Positions 1 through 9,680 of a DNA stretch of 64,000 bases are shown one piece after another. Made by a program: the position numbers and the translations under genes. Source of the stretch: Candidatus Micrarchaeota archaeon (GTDB taxonomy: Archaea; Micrarchaeota; Micrarchaeia; Anstonellales; Bilamarchaeaceae); the NCBI GenBank assembly GCA_038046805.1, contig JBBSVO010000006.1, forward strand, positions 172,976 through 236,975, written 5' to 3'. The notes below the pieces were generated by a model. It saw only the letters and a list, made by a program, of their open reading frames with translations. It made no database searches and was not told the DNA's origin. Within the stretch, counting starts at the first letter, position 1, and every line of letters starts with the position of its first letter.

Positions 1-531
1 ACCAGTAGGAGTTGATTCCATTCTGCTTTCATCAAATTCCATAAATAAACCGAGTAATGTGATGTGTACTGCATCTAATACATCCTCATCACCTCTCATG
101 CCAGCGATTCTTACCTTAATCTCAGCCATCTCCGGCGAAGCTGGTTCGGTTGCAGGTTGAGCCTGAGAAACTTCTGTTGCGGTTAATCCTCGTTCTGTTG
201 AAGAAATCTCCACCGCAGTTAATCCCAGTGTGTTCAATCCATTAATCATTGTCTGGCTATTGAAATTATTCGGGACAGTTGGTCCGGAATATGTGACCGT
301 AAGTCTATTGGTCCTTGGATCCAATCTTGATTCTATTCTATCGCTTGATCCAACAGTTTTGTGCGTCCAAACATGCACACCTTCCTGTATATCTACACCT
401 TGCCCCCAAAATCCAGGATAGTTTGCGTGGATAATATCTGATACTACATTATAAACTTCAGTTACAGTTCTTTTGGTTAAGGCTCCATCAAGTTCAATTT
501 CAACCTTTTTTCCATTGTATCTCCTCAGAAT
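1..531 (-). CDS. Hypothetical protein, runs off the window edge; 5' start apparently frameshifted
   Basis: Stop-free minus frame over 1..531. The SD-preceded ATG (GAGGAG, ATG at 515) is one base out of frame across an A6 run. Confidence 0.5.
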   Translation of the reverse strand, partial: MLRRYNGKKVEIELDGALTKRTVTEVYNVVSDIIHANYPGFWGQGVDIQEGVHVWTHKTVGSSDRIESRLDPRTNRLTVTYSGPTVPNNFNSQTMINGLNTLGLTAVEISSTERGLTATEVSQAQPATEPASPEMAEIKVRIAGMRGDEDVLDAVHITLLGLFMEFDESRMESTPTG

Positions 532-586
532 TTAGATTACAATCCTATGTTCAGAAACGAATATAAATTATGACTTTCAATCCTGT

Positions 587-1729
587 TTGGTACGAATGTC
601 ATCAACAAATAGATTGTCCAAATCCAAAATCCAGGAAACTGCCGTTCCAGTCTCTCAGATTTCTCAGAAATCCGAGATGCTTGCCAAAAAGAACCCGGAT
701 GGAACCATAACCTGTCTTGCCTGCGCAAGATATTGCAAAATCCCGGAAGGTCAGGCCGGATTCTGCGGAGTGCGGGCAAACGATGACAGGAAGCTCAAAC
801 TTTTAGTCTATGGAAAGCCGTGCGCAATCTGGGTTGATCCTGTTGAGAAAAAGCCATTGTTTCATTTTCTTCCGGGGAGCAAAAGCTATTCCATCGGGAC
901 GTTTGGTTGTGATTTCGCATGCGATTTTTGTCAGAATTTTGACATTTCACAAGCCCCTTCCGAAGCGCGAGTCCGCGATCCAAAAGGCTGGAGAGATTAT
1001 TTTCAGAGGCTTATCGACAAGCTGGAGTACGTGCCACCGGAAACAATCGTGAGCCGCGCAATTGAAAGCGGATGCAAATCAATCTCATTCACCTACAACG
1101 AACCGACAATATTCACAGAATACGCGCTTGACATAATGAAGCTCGGGAAAAAGGAGGGGTTGCGGTTCATCTATGTTACAAATGGCTATGAATCGCGCGA
1201 ATGTTGGGATGCACTCGCACCTTACCTAACGGCTGCAAATATCGACCTAAAGGCATTCAACCAGAATTTCTATGGAAAATTGTGCAAGGCAAATTTAGAG
1301 CCAGTTAAAGAATCAATTCTTTATGTAAAAAAGAAATATCCAAAAATGTGGATTGAAATAACGACCCTTCTTGTTCCAGGCTGGAATGATACTGAAAACG
1401 AACTTCTAGATGAGGCAAAATGGCTCGCTGCGATAGACGCAGGCATGCCTTGGCATGTGACCGCGTTTCATCCGGACTATAAGATGCAAGACTCAGAGTC
1501 TACAAAACCTGAGACGCTGATGCGTGCAAGGGAAATCGGGCGGAGCGTTGGCTTAAATTATGTCTATTGCGGAAATCTTGGTTTCAGCTATTCAAATTAT
1601 GAAACAACGGTTTGTCCGAAGTGCAAGAAAGAATTAATAATCCGGGCTGGTTTCACTGTAACGAATAATAATGTCATTGACGGCAAATGCAGGTTTTGCG
1701 GAGAAGGAATTCCGGGTGTTTGGAAATGA
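587..1729 (+). CDS. amrS: AmmeMemoRadiSam system radical SAM enzyme
   Basis: N-terminal CLACARYC...GFCGVR, DPVEKKPL, CDFACDFC (CxxxCxxC), FTYNEP. True start may be 596 or 677. Confidence 0.9.
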   Translation: MVRMSSTNRLSKSKIQETAVPVSQISQKSEMLAKKNPDGTITCLACARYCKIPEGQAGFCGVRANDDRKLKLLVYGKPCAIWVDPVEKKPLFHFLPGSKSYSIGTFGCDFACDFCQNFDISQAPSEARVRDPKGWRDYFQRLIDKLEYVPPETIVSRAIESGCKSISFTYNEPTIFTEYALDIMKLGKKEGLRFIYVTNGYESRECWDALAPYLTAANIDLKAFNQNFYGKLCKANLEPVKESILYVKKKYPKMWIEITTLLVPGWNDTENELLDEAKWLAAIDAGMPWHVTAFHPDYKMQDSESTKPETLMRAREIGRSVGLNYVYCGNLGFSYSNYETTVCPKCKKELIIRAGFTVTNNNVIDGKCRFCGEGIPGVWK

Positions 1730-2571
1730 AAGTGAAGCCATCAGGAGAGGAAGAAACCGAAGTCATTCTGCGTCCTCCAGCAGTCGCCGGAATGTTTTAC
1801 CCTGATGATCCGGAAGAGCTTGAAGACATGATAAAAGGATTCGTGGAAAGGGCAAAGGAAGAAACCATTTCCGGCGCACTTCGCGGTCTTGTTGTTCCGC
1901 ACGCGGGTTACATATATTCCGGGACCGTTGCAGCCGTAGGATATAAACTTCTTGCGCAGCATGCACAACATGCAAAAAACATCTTTTTGTTTGGCCCTTC
2001 ACATCATTCATACTTCAATGGGTTAGCGGAATCAGGAATGAATGCCTGGGAAACACCTCTTGGAAGGATAAGTGCAAAGCCAGCCGGAGGCAGTCTTAAA
2101 AGTGGTGGTCTGATCTCCCTTAATCCCGCAGCGCATGCTCCTGAGCATTGTCTTGAAGTGCAGTTGCCGTTCCTTCAGACAATCCTTGGGAAAGATCCAG
2201 ATTCTTTCTCAATTATTCCGCTCTTAACTGGAGATGTTTCTTCTGCGGCAGTTGCAAAGGCAATCGAAGAGAATTTTGACAAGGGCAGCGATTCGTTTTT
2301 CATTGCAAGCTCGGATTTGAGCCATTATAATCCCTATCAGCGGGCAGTGGAGCTGGATGGAATTGCGAACAAGGTAGTTCCGGCCATTGACATACCAACA
2401 ATGCAAACACGTGGGGATGCGTGCGGAAAAACATCAATTTTAATTTTAATGTATCTGGCAAAGTTAAAAGGATGGAAGGGAAAATTTCTGGAGTATAAGA
2501 ATTCCGGGGACACAGCCGGGGATAAAATGCGCGTAGTTGGTTATGGCTGCTATGCGTTCTATGAAGAATAG
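1726..2571 (+). CDS. amrB: AmmeMemoRadiSam system protein B (MEMO1 family)
   Basis: RPPAVAGMFYP, PHAGYIYSG, EHCLEVQLPFLQ, SSDLSHY, VVGY; ATGA overlap with amrS. Confidence 0.92.
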   Translation: MKVKPSGEEETEVILRPPAVAGMFYPDDPEELEDMIKGFVERAKEETISGALRGLVVPHAGYIYSGTVAAVGYKLLAQHAQHAKNIFLFGPSHHSYFNGLAESGMNAWETPLGRISAKPAGGSLKSGGLISLNPAAHAPEHCLEVQLPFLQTILGKDPDSFSIIPLLTGDVSSAAVAKAIEENFDKGSDSFFIASSDLSHYNPYQRAVELDGIANKVVPAIDIPTMQTRGDACGKTSILILMYLAKLKGWKGKFLEYKNSGDTAGDKMRVVGYGCYAFYEE

Positions 2572-2592
2572 ATATGGATCGGAGGGGTAGAT

Positions 2593-3084
2593 ATGGAAAT
2601 CGCGATATTTTCAACTGGCGGAACAATAGATGATATTGACTTGGATTCCGTGACTGACAAATCGCGCGAAACCTATCTTCCATCTGCTTTTGAACAGGCA
2701 AAAATCAGCAAAGAGATTAAAGTAACAAGAAAAATTTTAATGAAAAAGGATAGCCGGGAAATAACCGATTCGGACCGTGAACTGATCGCAAAAGAATGCG
2801 AGAAATGCATGGAAAGCCGAATATTGATAACCCACGGGACGTTTACCATGGCCGAGACTGCGGCGTATCTGGGAAAAAGGATAAGCGACAAAACGATTGT
2901 TCTGACTGGTTCAATGATCCCGCTTACAGAGCCAAAAAATGATGCAGAATTCAATTTGGGTGGGGCATTTATCGCGGTCCAGCTTCTGCCCGTAGGCGTG
3001 TACGTAGTGTTCAACGGAATAGTTTTTCATTGGTACAATGTAAAGAAGAATATAGAAGGTGGGTATTTCAAGAAGTTGTTTTAG
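2593..3084 (+). CDS. Short asparaginase-domain protein
   Basis: TGGTID, ITHGTFTM, VLTGSMIP, DAEFNLG motifs. Confidence 0.8.
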   Translation: MEIAIFSTGGTIDDIDLDSVTDKSRETYLPSAFEQAKISKEIKVTRKILMKKDSREITDSDRELIAKECEKCMESRILITHGTFTMAETAAYLGKRISDKTIVLTGSMIPLTEPKNDAEFNLGGAFIAVQLLPVGVYVVFNGIVFHWYNVKKNIEGGYFKKLF

Positions 3085-3098
3085 GGCAAGGTGTATTC

Positions 3099-3365
3099 AT
3101 GCCAGACATTAGCGTAATTGCGGAAATCCAAAAAATAAAAGAGCGAAACGTTCGCGTTGAATCAGATAAAGCATGGGAAACCAGCTGGGCAAGGCGCGGC
3201 CTGCTCGCGGTAGCAACCTACGTCGTGGTCAGTCTATTCCTCGTATCAATCAATGCCCCGAATCCATGGATAAATGCACTTATCCCGGCTGGCGCGTATG
3301 TTCTTCAGACGCTCACAGTGCCTGTGCTAAAGGATTGGTGGGTTATCAATATGTACAAAAAATAA
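3099..3365 (+). CDS. Small membrane protein, hypothetical
   Basis: SD GGTG; ERNxRVExDKAWETSW followed by two hydrophobic segments. Confidence 0.7.
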   Translation: MPDISVIAEIQKIKERNVRVESDKAWETSWARRGLLAVATYVVVSLFLVSINAPNPWINALIPAGAYVLQTLTVPVLKDWWVINMYKK

Positions 3366-3377
3366 TGGTTGAATTTC

Positions 3378-4952
3378 ATGTTTGACCCGCTCTTAAGTAA
3401 AGCCTGGAAAGATGCTTGTCGAGTCCTTTTTGGACAGGAGATAGGTGAACTCCAAGATTATAGCGATTGGCTTGCAGAAATGGTTGATGCTCCAATAGTA
3501 AAAAAATCTAGTATTTCTGGAAAAGAAGTCATTCATTCAAGGGCGGACTATTCAGATTCTGCACGGTCGATAAGCCTTGAAGAAATAGACATCGGAAAAA
3601 AGTTCAACCCACTCAGTATAAACGAAATAAAGGATATTGATAGCATAATCGAGGCAATTCAAGATAGGATTTTTTATACTGGAAATATCATACTTGGCAA
3701 TTCAAAGGAAGTGCAAAAAAGCTCGAATATAAATGACAGTTTTTACATCTATAATACAACTCTTTCCGGGAATTCAAAATACATGGCTTTTTGCACCCTT
3801 GCGAGGTTGGACTCATATGGTTTTGGAGGAAATGCTTTCAGTCAATGCGATTTCTGCATCAAATGTCATGAACTTACGCGCGTGAAAAGATCATTTGAAC
3901 TGTGGATGAGCCAGGATTGCTCTGATTGCTATTACTCGCATGGATTGAAAAACAGTTCAAATTGCTTTTTTTGCTTTAACCTGGACAATGCGCGATACAC
4001 TATAGGAAATTTGCAATTGCCACCAGATAAGTATGCAGAACTGAAAACCAAACTGATTTCTGAAATAGTGGATGAGTTAAAACGTGAAAAGAGAATACCT
4101 TCTCTTACTGAGATAGTACGGGATTGCGATGGTGAGATACGTTTACCTTCCAGTAATTCAAAAGTTGCAGTTAAGCAACCAGTCGACCAGAAAAAAATAG
4201 ATGGGGAATTTGTCAAGACCTTTGAAATACTATTCAAAAAAAGACCATCAAAAAACATTGACGAATATGCATCTTGGTTATCCAGACACGTGAGAGGATT
4301 TGAAAGATGCAAATCCGCGGCAAGCGGAAGCGACGTATTTCTTGCAAGATATGGAAATTATTGCGACTTACCCAAGAATCGTCTTTTAACTTTGGATGAA
4401 GCAAAGGGAATAGGCCAAACTTTAAAACTAACTGCCGAGGATGTAAACTGCATTAGTTTCAAAAACATCGGTAAAAACCTGGGAAAGATCGCATTTTTCA
4501 ATACAGACATCCAGGATGGGCAAAATGCGAATAATTTTGAGTGCACCATAACGATAGATGCGTTTAACTGCCATAGGTCAGTATGCAGCGTATACTCTAA
4601 ATTTTGCGCTTATTCTTTTTGGCCAAGAAGTTCACAACACATATTTGGCGGGGATACTGTCTTTGATTCAGCCTTTTGTATCAATAGTTATAACTCAGTA
4701 AATCTTCAGAGATGTATGGAAATGGATGGCTGCAACAGCTGTTCTGATTCTTATTTCTGCCATAACTGCGAAAATCTCCAGAATTCGATGTTCTGCTTCA
4801 ATACAAAAAACAAAAGATACGCGATCGGCAATGCCGAATTGGAACGGGAGAGCTATGCAAAAATAAAAGAGGGCATTCTGGAACAGATATACCAGGAACT
4901 CGAAAAGAGTGGAAAAAGCAAATATGATATTTTTAGCCTTGGAGAAACGTAA
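3378..4952 (+). CDS. Cys-rich repeat protein with two tandem homologous halves
   Basis: Each half ends in C-x2-C-rich repeats plus CFNxxNxRYxIGN; paralogous to 29626..31140. Confidence 0.8.
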   Translation: MFDPLLSKAWKDACRVLFGQEIGELQDYSDWLAEMVDAPIVKKSSISGKEVIHSRADYSDSARSISLEEIDIGKKFNPLSINEIKDIDSIIEAIQDRIFYTGNIILGNSKEVQKSSNINDSFYIYNTTLSGNSKYMAFCTLARLDSYGFGGNAFSQCDFCIKCHELTRVKRSFELWMSQDCSDCYYSHGLKNSSNCFFCFNLDNARYTIGNLQLPPDKYAELKTKLISEIVDELKREKRIPSLTEIVRDCDGEIRLPSSNSKVAVKQPVDQKKIDGEFVKTFEILFKKRPSKNIDEYASWLSRHVRGFERCKSAASGSDVFLARYGNYCDLPKNRLLTLDEAKGIGQTLKLTAEDVNCISFKNIGKNLGKIAFFNTDIQDGQNANNFECTITIDAFNCHRSVCSVYSKFCAYSFWPRSSQHIFGGDTVFDSAFCINSYNSVNLQRCMEMDGCNSCSDSYFCHNCENLQNSMFCFNTKNKRYAIGNAELERESYAKIKEGILEQIYQELEKSGKSKYDIFSLGET

Positions 4953-4982
4953 GGATTAAAGTCATCACTAACGTTTTGTTCC

Positions 4983-5576
4983 ATGATCCCCATGTCCGAT
5001 TCGGCTTTCACAAAACCAGAACGCGAATTCCTGCTCAAGTTGGCAAGGCGCGCAATAGAGCATTATCTTAAATCCGGCACGCGTTTGGATATAAAGCCGA
5101 GCGAAGTTCCGAGCGAGCGGCTCATAAAAGACGGTGCGGTTTTTGTTACTCTTTACGCGCGCAAGGACAACTCGCTCCGCGGATGCATCGGTTCTCTTGA
5201 GGCAAAACGCCCGCTTGTTTTTGATGTTGTTGAAAACGCGCTTCATTCAGCATTTGGTGATCCGCGTTTTCCTCCCCTCAAACGCGAGGAGCTGTCGAAC
5301 GTGCGGATAGAAATCTCTATCCTCACAGAACCAAAACCCCTTAAAGTATCAGACAAGGACGACCTTCTTAGTAAACTTATTCCGAACAAGCACGGGTTAA
5401 TTATCCAAAAAGGTTTTGCAAGGGCAACCTTTCTGCCAGTCGTATGGGAAGAATTGAAGAAAAAAGAGGATTTTCTCACGCATCTATGCCAAAAGGCAGG
5501 GCTTTATCCTGATGAATGGAAAGATACAAGGGAAATGAAATTCTTTGTTTATGAGGCGGAGAAGATTGAGGAATGA
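4983..5576 (+). CDS. amrA: AmmeMemoRadiSam system protein A (AMMECR1)
   Basis: LRGCIG, DPRFPP, IEISILT, ATFLPVVW, LCQKAGL. Confidence 0.92.
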   Translation: MIPMSDSAFTKPEREFLLKLARRAIEHYLKSGTRLDIKPSEVPSERLIKDGAVFVTLYARKDNSLRGCIGSLEAKRPLVFDVVENALHSAFGDPRFPPLKREELSNVRIEISILTEPKPLKVSDKDDLLSKLIPNKHGLIIQKGFARATFLPVVWEELKKKEDFLTHLCQKAGLYPDEWKDTREMKFFVYEAEKIEE

Positions 5577-5618
5577 AACATCTAAGGTTTTTTAAATAGT
5601 TGCCAATAATATAATTTC

Positions 5619-6596
5619 ATGAATTGTAAGTTTAGGAATACTGCCCATCCAGTATCTGCAAAGTCAGTGCGGATCGCTGGAGTGCCCGGGATAGAACTTT
5701 TCATAACCCTTAGAACAAGAACGTGCAGTTGGAAAAAAGAAACTGGCGGATGCACATTCTGTGGAGTAGGGGGTCTTGATGGCGATATGCCACCTCTGTC
5801 TTTCAGCGAGGCAAATCTCCAGGTTGAAGGTTCGATCAGGGACTTCAAAAGCCAGGGTGGGGATGTTAGTGCAGTCACAAAAGTCTCATTTATTTCAATG
5901 AGTGACAGCCTTCTCAATCCAATGACAATTGAGGAAAGGGCCCTGAGAATTGCGATGGAAACAGCAGTCAGAGCATTTCCAAACGTGTCTTGTTTATCTG
6001 TAGAATCCCGCGCGGATATGCTGCATTCTGATTATCTGAACCGATTATGGGATTTCATGCAAAACGAGTTTGGAAACGGAGTTAGTGGAGAGGTTGCAGT
6101 TGGAGTGGAAACTGCCTCCGAGTACAACAGAAATCTTTTAGGAAAGGGAATTTCAGATGCGGTGCTTGTATCTGCATCACGAGTATTGTCCGACACAATG
6201 TGGAGTATGCGCGGAAGTTTAATCTATGCACTTTTTGAACATGAACCTCTAGCAAGAGTCCTGGCATTAAAGAACGGAATAGACTTAATGGCTGGACTTG
6301 GCGAGAGAATGCGCACGTACACTTCAATACTTTTGCTGCGTGGGTATGTCCCTGAGGATATGGCTAGTTCAAATTTGTTCCGCGATTTTGTTGAAGTTCC
6401 TGACGAGGTGGTGTTGCGAGAGTTGCGGGAAGCAGCACTACATGCAAAAAGACGCAAGCTTCATTTTGAAATTGACTCAACAACCGCAGATCAGGAAGCT
6501 GTCAGAGCAACTTTGGGTATCATGAGTCCAGAATACCGTGCTGCGCTTGATAGATATAATCAGAGTCTTGACCCGCGCGAATTGGTGCTCAAATAA
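5619..6596 (+). CDS. Radical SAM protein, divergent RaSEA/Elp3-like
   Basis: LRTRTCSWKKETGGCTFCG (Cx8Cx2C), VESRAD, EVAVGVETA...LGKG. Confidence 0.65.
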   Translation: MNCKFRNTAHPVSAKSVRIAGVPGIELFITLRTRTCSWKKETGGCTFCGVGGLDGDMPPLSFSEANLQVEGSIRDFKSQGGDVSAVTKVSFISMSDSLLNPMTIEERALRIAMETAVRAFPNVSCLSVESRADMLHSDYLNRLWDFMQNEFGNGVSGEVAVGVETASEYNRNLLGKGISDAVLVSASRVLSDTMWSMRGSLIYALFEHEPLARVLALKNGIDLMAGLGERMRTYTSILLLRGYVPEDMASSNLFRDFVEVPDEVVLRELREAALHAKRRKLHFEIDSTTADQEAVRATLGIMSPEYRAALDRYNQSLDPRELVLK

Positions 6597-6611
6597 AAAA
6601 AGAGATAATTC

Positions 6612-6767
6612 TTACATCGTCCCTACCAGTCTTCTTGCAGCGCGTCTTGTGTCAGTAAATTCCGTTTCATCACGAATATATTCCAATTGGTGGCGTTGGT
6701 TATGTTCTCCGAGCGTCTTCACGGCCATTTTTCTTGCACTATCATTATCTGAGTAGGTCGCTATCAT
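6612..6767 (-). CDS. 51-aa helical ORF, possibly the frameshifted C-terminus of 6782..7147
   Basis: MIATYSDNDSARKMAVKTLG...; frame stays open upstream to 6800. Confidence 0.35.
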   Translation of the reverse strand: MIATYSDNDSARKMAVKTLGEHNQRHQLEYIRDETEFTDTRRAARRLVGTM

Positions 6768-6781
6768 ACTAAGCTCAGTTG

Positions 6782-7147
6782 TTATTCGTTTAATCTCCTG
6801 TCATCCTCTCTTGCGTTCAAATGCGAAAGTGCATCTATAGACTGTAGGCGTGCGCTTTGTCTATTCTTTGTTTCCAGATATTCCCTAGCTAACATTCTTA
6901 CCACTCCGACCATCTCCGCGGAATGATTTCTAATTGCTTTTTTGGACCAGTCAAAACCTTCCCGGCTGTGAACTGCACCCACAACTGCATTACGTGCGTC
7001 CAGTGTTCTTGTTTCAATTGTTTCCCGAGGATTTCTTTCAACCTCGCGGCTCACTTTGTTTTGAAGCAGAGTTGCCAACCCCCTCACGTTTATTCCATTA
7101 GGAACTCTTCTTCCGCTTATTATATCCGCTACTTCACGTTGAGCCAT
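6782..7147 (-). CDS. Hypothetical protein
   Basis: 121-aa ORF with SD GGTGAT upstream of ATG. Confidence 0.6.
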   Translation of the reverse strand: MAQREVADIISGRRVPNGINVRGLATLLQNKVSREVERNPRETIETRTLDARNAVVGAVHSREGFDWSKKAIRNHSAEMVGVVRMLAREYLETKNRQSARLQSIDALSHLNAREDDRRLNE

Positions 7148-7239
7148 CTAATCACCAGTCCAGTTCTTTGGCCACATGATTTTATACCCTTATCTCTGAA
7201 TCGGTGAATTGCATATATTTTTATACTTTATTCTACCAA

Positions 7240-7257
7240 AGTATACTCATGTATACT
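7240..7257. promoter_or_regulatory. Palindromic operator candidate over the antitoxin start codon
   Basis: AGTATAC-TCAT-GTATACT inverted repeat downstream of TTTTTATA. Confidence 0.5.
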
Positions 7258-7467
7258 ACCATAAAAATTGCAGAAGAGCTTAAGGAAAAACTAAGCAATA
7301 TGCGGACATATGAAAGCGAGACATATGCTGAGATCATAGAAGACCTTATTGAAGACCGTCTTTCTCTCAACCCATCCTTCGTAAAAGAAATCGAAGAACG
7401 AAGAAGAGAGTACAAATCCGGAAAAACCATTTCTTTCGAAGATCTGAAAAAAGAGATGAAACGATAA
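7249..7467 (+). CDS. Type II antitoxin (RHH-like N-terminus)
   Basis: MYTTIKIAEELKEKL...ETYAEII...SGKTISFEDLKKE; overlaps downstream toxin. Confidence 0.8.
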   Translation: MYTTIKIAEELKEKLSNMRTYESETYAEIIEDLIEDRLSLNPSFVKEIEERRREYKSGKTISFEDLKKEMKR

Positions 7468-7718
7468 TGTATTCTATAGATTTTACCGAATCCGCGCGAA
7501 AGGAGTTTCTACGTATGCCCACGCAGGAACAAGAGCGCATTGATAGCGTGCTTGATCGCATTAGATTAAAGCCCTACTTTTTTGCTATGCGTCTGAGCGG
7601 TTCAAAAGCATATCGTATCCGCGTTGGAAAATTGCGAATTATCCTGGATATCCTGGAAGAGAATCAGCAAATAATTGTTCTCAAGCTAGGAAATCGGGAA
7701 ACCGTATACTTACCGTGA
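7467..7718 (+). CDS. RelE/ParE family toxin
   Basis: YSIDFTESARKEF...YRIRVGKLRII...GNRETVY. Confidence 0.88.
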   Translation: MYSIDFTESARKEFLRMPTQEQERIDSVLDRIRLKPYFFAMRLSGSKAYRIRVGKLRIILDILEENQQIIVLKLGNRETVYLP

Positions 7719-8426
7719 TTTCGCAATCCCCAGACACTCCTCCTTAGTCAATGTGCGGACGCGCCGTTTTGCAAACTCTTCCGGTGCGACAATTCCTGCG
7801 TGTGCATGCGCCAGAGCATTGCGCACGGACTGGTTTTTATGCTGGAAAAGAATTCGGATTATTTCCTCATCGTGTTTTGTGATTTTTGTTCCGCTCGGAA
7901 CTAAAGTAATCATTTCCGAATCCACTTTCGGTGCAGGAGAAAACAAATGCCTCGGAACTTTCTGGACAAGTTCAACATCAAACGCGAGTTGTGCGGTTAC
8001 CGACAGGCGGCCATAATTCGAATCGTTCGGCTTTGCAACCATTTTCTCAGCGAATTCCTTCTGGATAATAAGAACCGCGCGTTCGAAATCATAATCCTTC
8101 AAACGAAATATTATCGCGGATGAAATGTAATAAGGAATATTACCCATAATTATGTCTGCGTGGATTGGTTCAATCTCCAGAAAATCATCAGTGATAACGT
8201 CCACGTGCGGATTCCCATTAAATTTATCTTTCAATCCGCTTGCGAGTTCCTTGTCCTTCTCAATCGCGAGCACTTTAAGCGCACCGCCTTCTATTATCTT
8301 CTCGGTAAGCCGCCCGTCCCCTGCGCCAATCTCAAGCACAGTCTTGCCAACAACATCCGCAACCAAAACCTCCTTGCGTAAAATGTTCGCATCGCAGAGG
8401 AAGTTCTGACCCATTCGTGCCTTCAC
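7710..8426 (-). CDS. rsmA: 16S rRNA adenine dimethyltransferase KsgA/Dim1
   Basis: GQNFL, LEIGAGDG, GNIPYYISS, YGRLSV, FSPAPKVDS. Confidence 0.93.
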   Translation of the reverse strand: MKARMGQNFLCDANILRKEVLVADVVGKTVLEIGAGDGRLTEKIIEGGALKVLAIEKDKELASGLKDKFNGNPHVDVITDDFLEIEPIHADIIMGNIPYYISSAIIFRLKDYDFERAVLIIQKEFAEKMVAKPNDSNYGRLSVTAQLAFDVELVQKVPRHLFSPAPKVDSEMITLVPSGTKITKHDEEIIRILFQHKNQSVRNALAHAHAGIVAPEEFAKRRVRTLTKEECLGIAKSR

Positions 8427-8665
8427 TTATTCCCCTCCATAATCAGTATTCCGTCAATTATTCCATAGGCATAATTCGCTGCCCCGAACGCGGTAAAATA
8501 ATCCTTTTTCTCAAAATAGTGCTTAGCGTCCTTGTAGTAATTCTCAGCCCACTCATGGACCGAAGGGTATTTCTCTGCCAGTCCGAGCTTCTTGAATTCT
8601 GAAAGTATCTCTTTTAGTTTCTCAATATCTTTGTGCGTTCTTTCACGTTCGTCCATCAAAGCCAT
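8423..8665 (-). CDS. DUF357-like archaeal protein
   Basis: AENYYKDAKHYFEKKDYFTAFGAANYAYGIIDG. Confidence 0.8.
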   Translation of the reverse strand: MALMDERERTHKDIEKLKEILSEFKKLGLAEKYPSVHEWAENYYKDAKHYFEKKDYFTAFGAANYAYGIIDGILIMEGNK

Positions 8666-8728
8666 ACATTTAATAACCTTACAAGAGAATATAAACTTAC
8701 TTTTTGTTTGATTACAACAGTGATACTA

Positions 8729-9349
8729 ATGGACAAAACTAACGATTCAAAGCCAGGAACTCAAGACCAGAAAACGCTAAACCCAAAACACGAAGCGAGC
8801 AAACTGGTCGAGCCAGGCACATATCTGGCAGGAGCAGAAGAAGTACTTCCAGGACGAGGTACCTTTAGCGAAAATGACGAGATTTTTGCCGCAACTTTCG
8901 GTCATGTCGCATCAACCGAGCGTAACGCAATTGTTGATTCAAAGAAGCGTATTCTTGAGATAACTGTCGGAACAGAGGTTTACGGAATCGTAACCAATGT
9001 TATGGATAGTAAGGCACTTCTTCAGATTATTCCATTAAGCGATGACAAGAATGCGAGATTCCCTCCATCCGAAACTGCAGTGCTAAAAGTATCATCTATT
9101 TCCCCTTCATTCATTCGTGATATTCGTGATGGCATACGTATAGGTGACATTGTCCGTGCAAAGGTTTTCTCCACTCGTGACGGAATGGAAATAAGCATGC
9201 GCGAATCAACCGAATATGGCGTCATAAAAGCCTTCTGTTCAAGGTGCAGGCATGATATGATTCTTAAATCTGGTGGTCGTCTTATGTGCAGTTCATGTGG
9301 CTGGATGGAAAGCCGCAAGGTTTCAAAATTTTATTCTCTTAAGGAATGA
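8729..9349 (+). CDS. csl4: Exosome RNA-binding subunit Csl4
   Basis: S1 domain (IGDIVRAKV), GVIKAFCSRC...CSSCG...RKVS zinc ribbon; upstream of rpoL. Confidence 0.88.
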   Translation: MDKTNDSKPGTQDQKTLNPKHEASKLVEPGTYLAGAEEVLPGRGTFSENDEIFAATFGHVASTERNAIVDSKKRILEITVGTEVYGIVTNVMDSKALLQIIPLSDDKNARFPPSETAVLKVSSISPSFIRDIRDGIRIGDIVRAKVFSTRDGMEISMRESTEYGVIKAFCSRCRHDMILKSGGRLMCSSCGWMESRKVSKFYSLKE

Positions 9350-9368
9350 TGTTTTGTGAGGTGTCTTT

Positions 9369-9644
9369 ATGGAAGTTTTGATTTTGATAAATGAAAAAGG
9401 AACGCTCGAATTTGAAATGAAAGACAGTGATTCATCGCTTGGAAATCTTCTTGTTTCGAAACTTAATGATGAAAAAGGAGTGGAATTCGCTGGTTTTAAG
9501 GTAGAGCACCCATCTGAAAACAGGTGCAGCGTCATAGTTAAAACAAAGAAAGGTGACCCAGTCAAACTTGTAAATGAAAAACTTTCAGAAATTGAAGAAG
9601 AGCTCGAGTCATTCAAAAAGGATTTTAAGGCAGCAGTGAAATAA
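9369..9644 (+). CDS. rpoL: RNA polymerase subunit L (Rpo11)
   Basis: SLGNLLVSKL...VEFAGFKVEHP. Confidence 0.85.
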   Translation: MEVLILINEKGTLEFEMKDSDSSLGNLLVSKLNDEKGVEFAGFKVEHPSENRCSVIVKTKKGDPVKLVNEKLSEIEEELESFKKDFKAAVK

Positions 9645-9680
9645 ATTAACCGTGAATATTATTCTCACTGTCGTGTTCCT

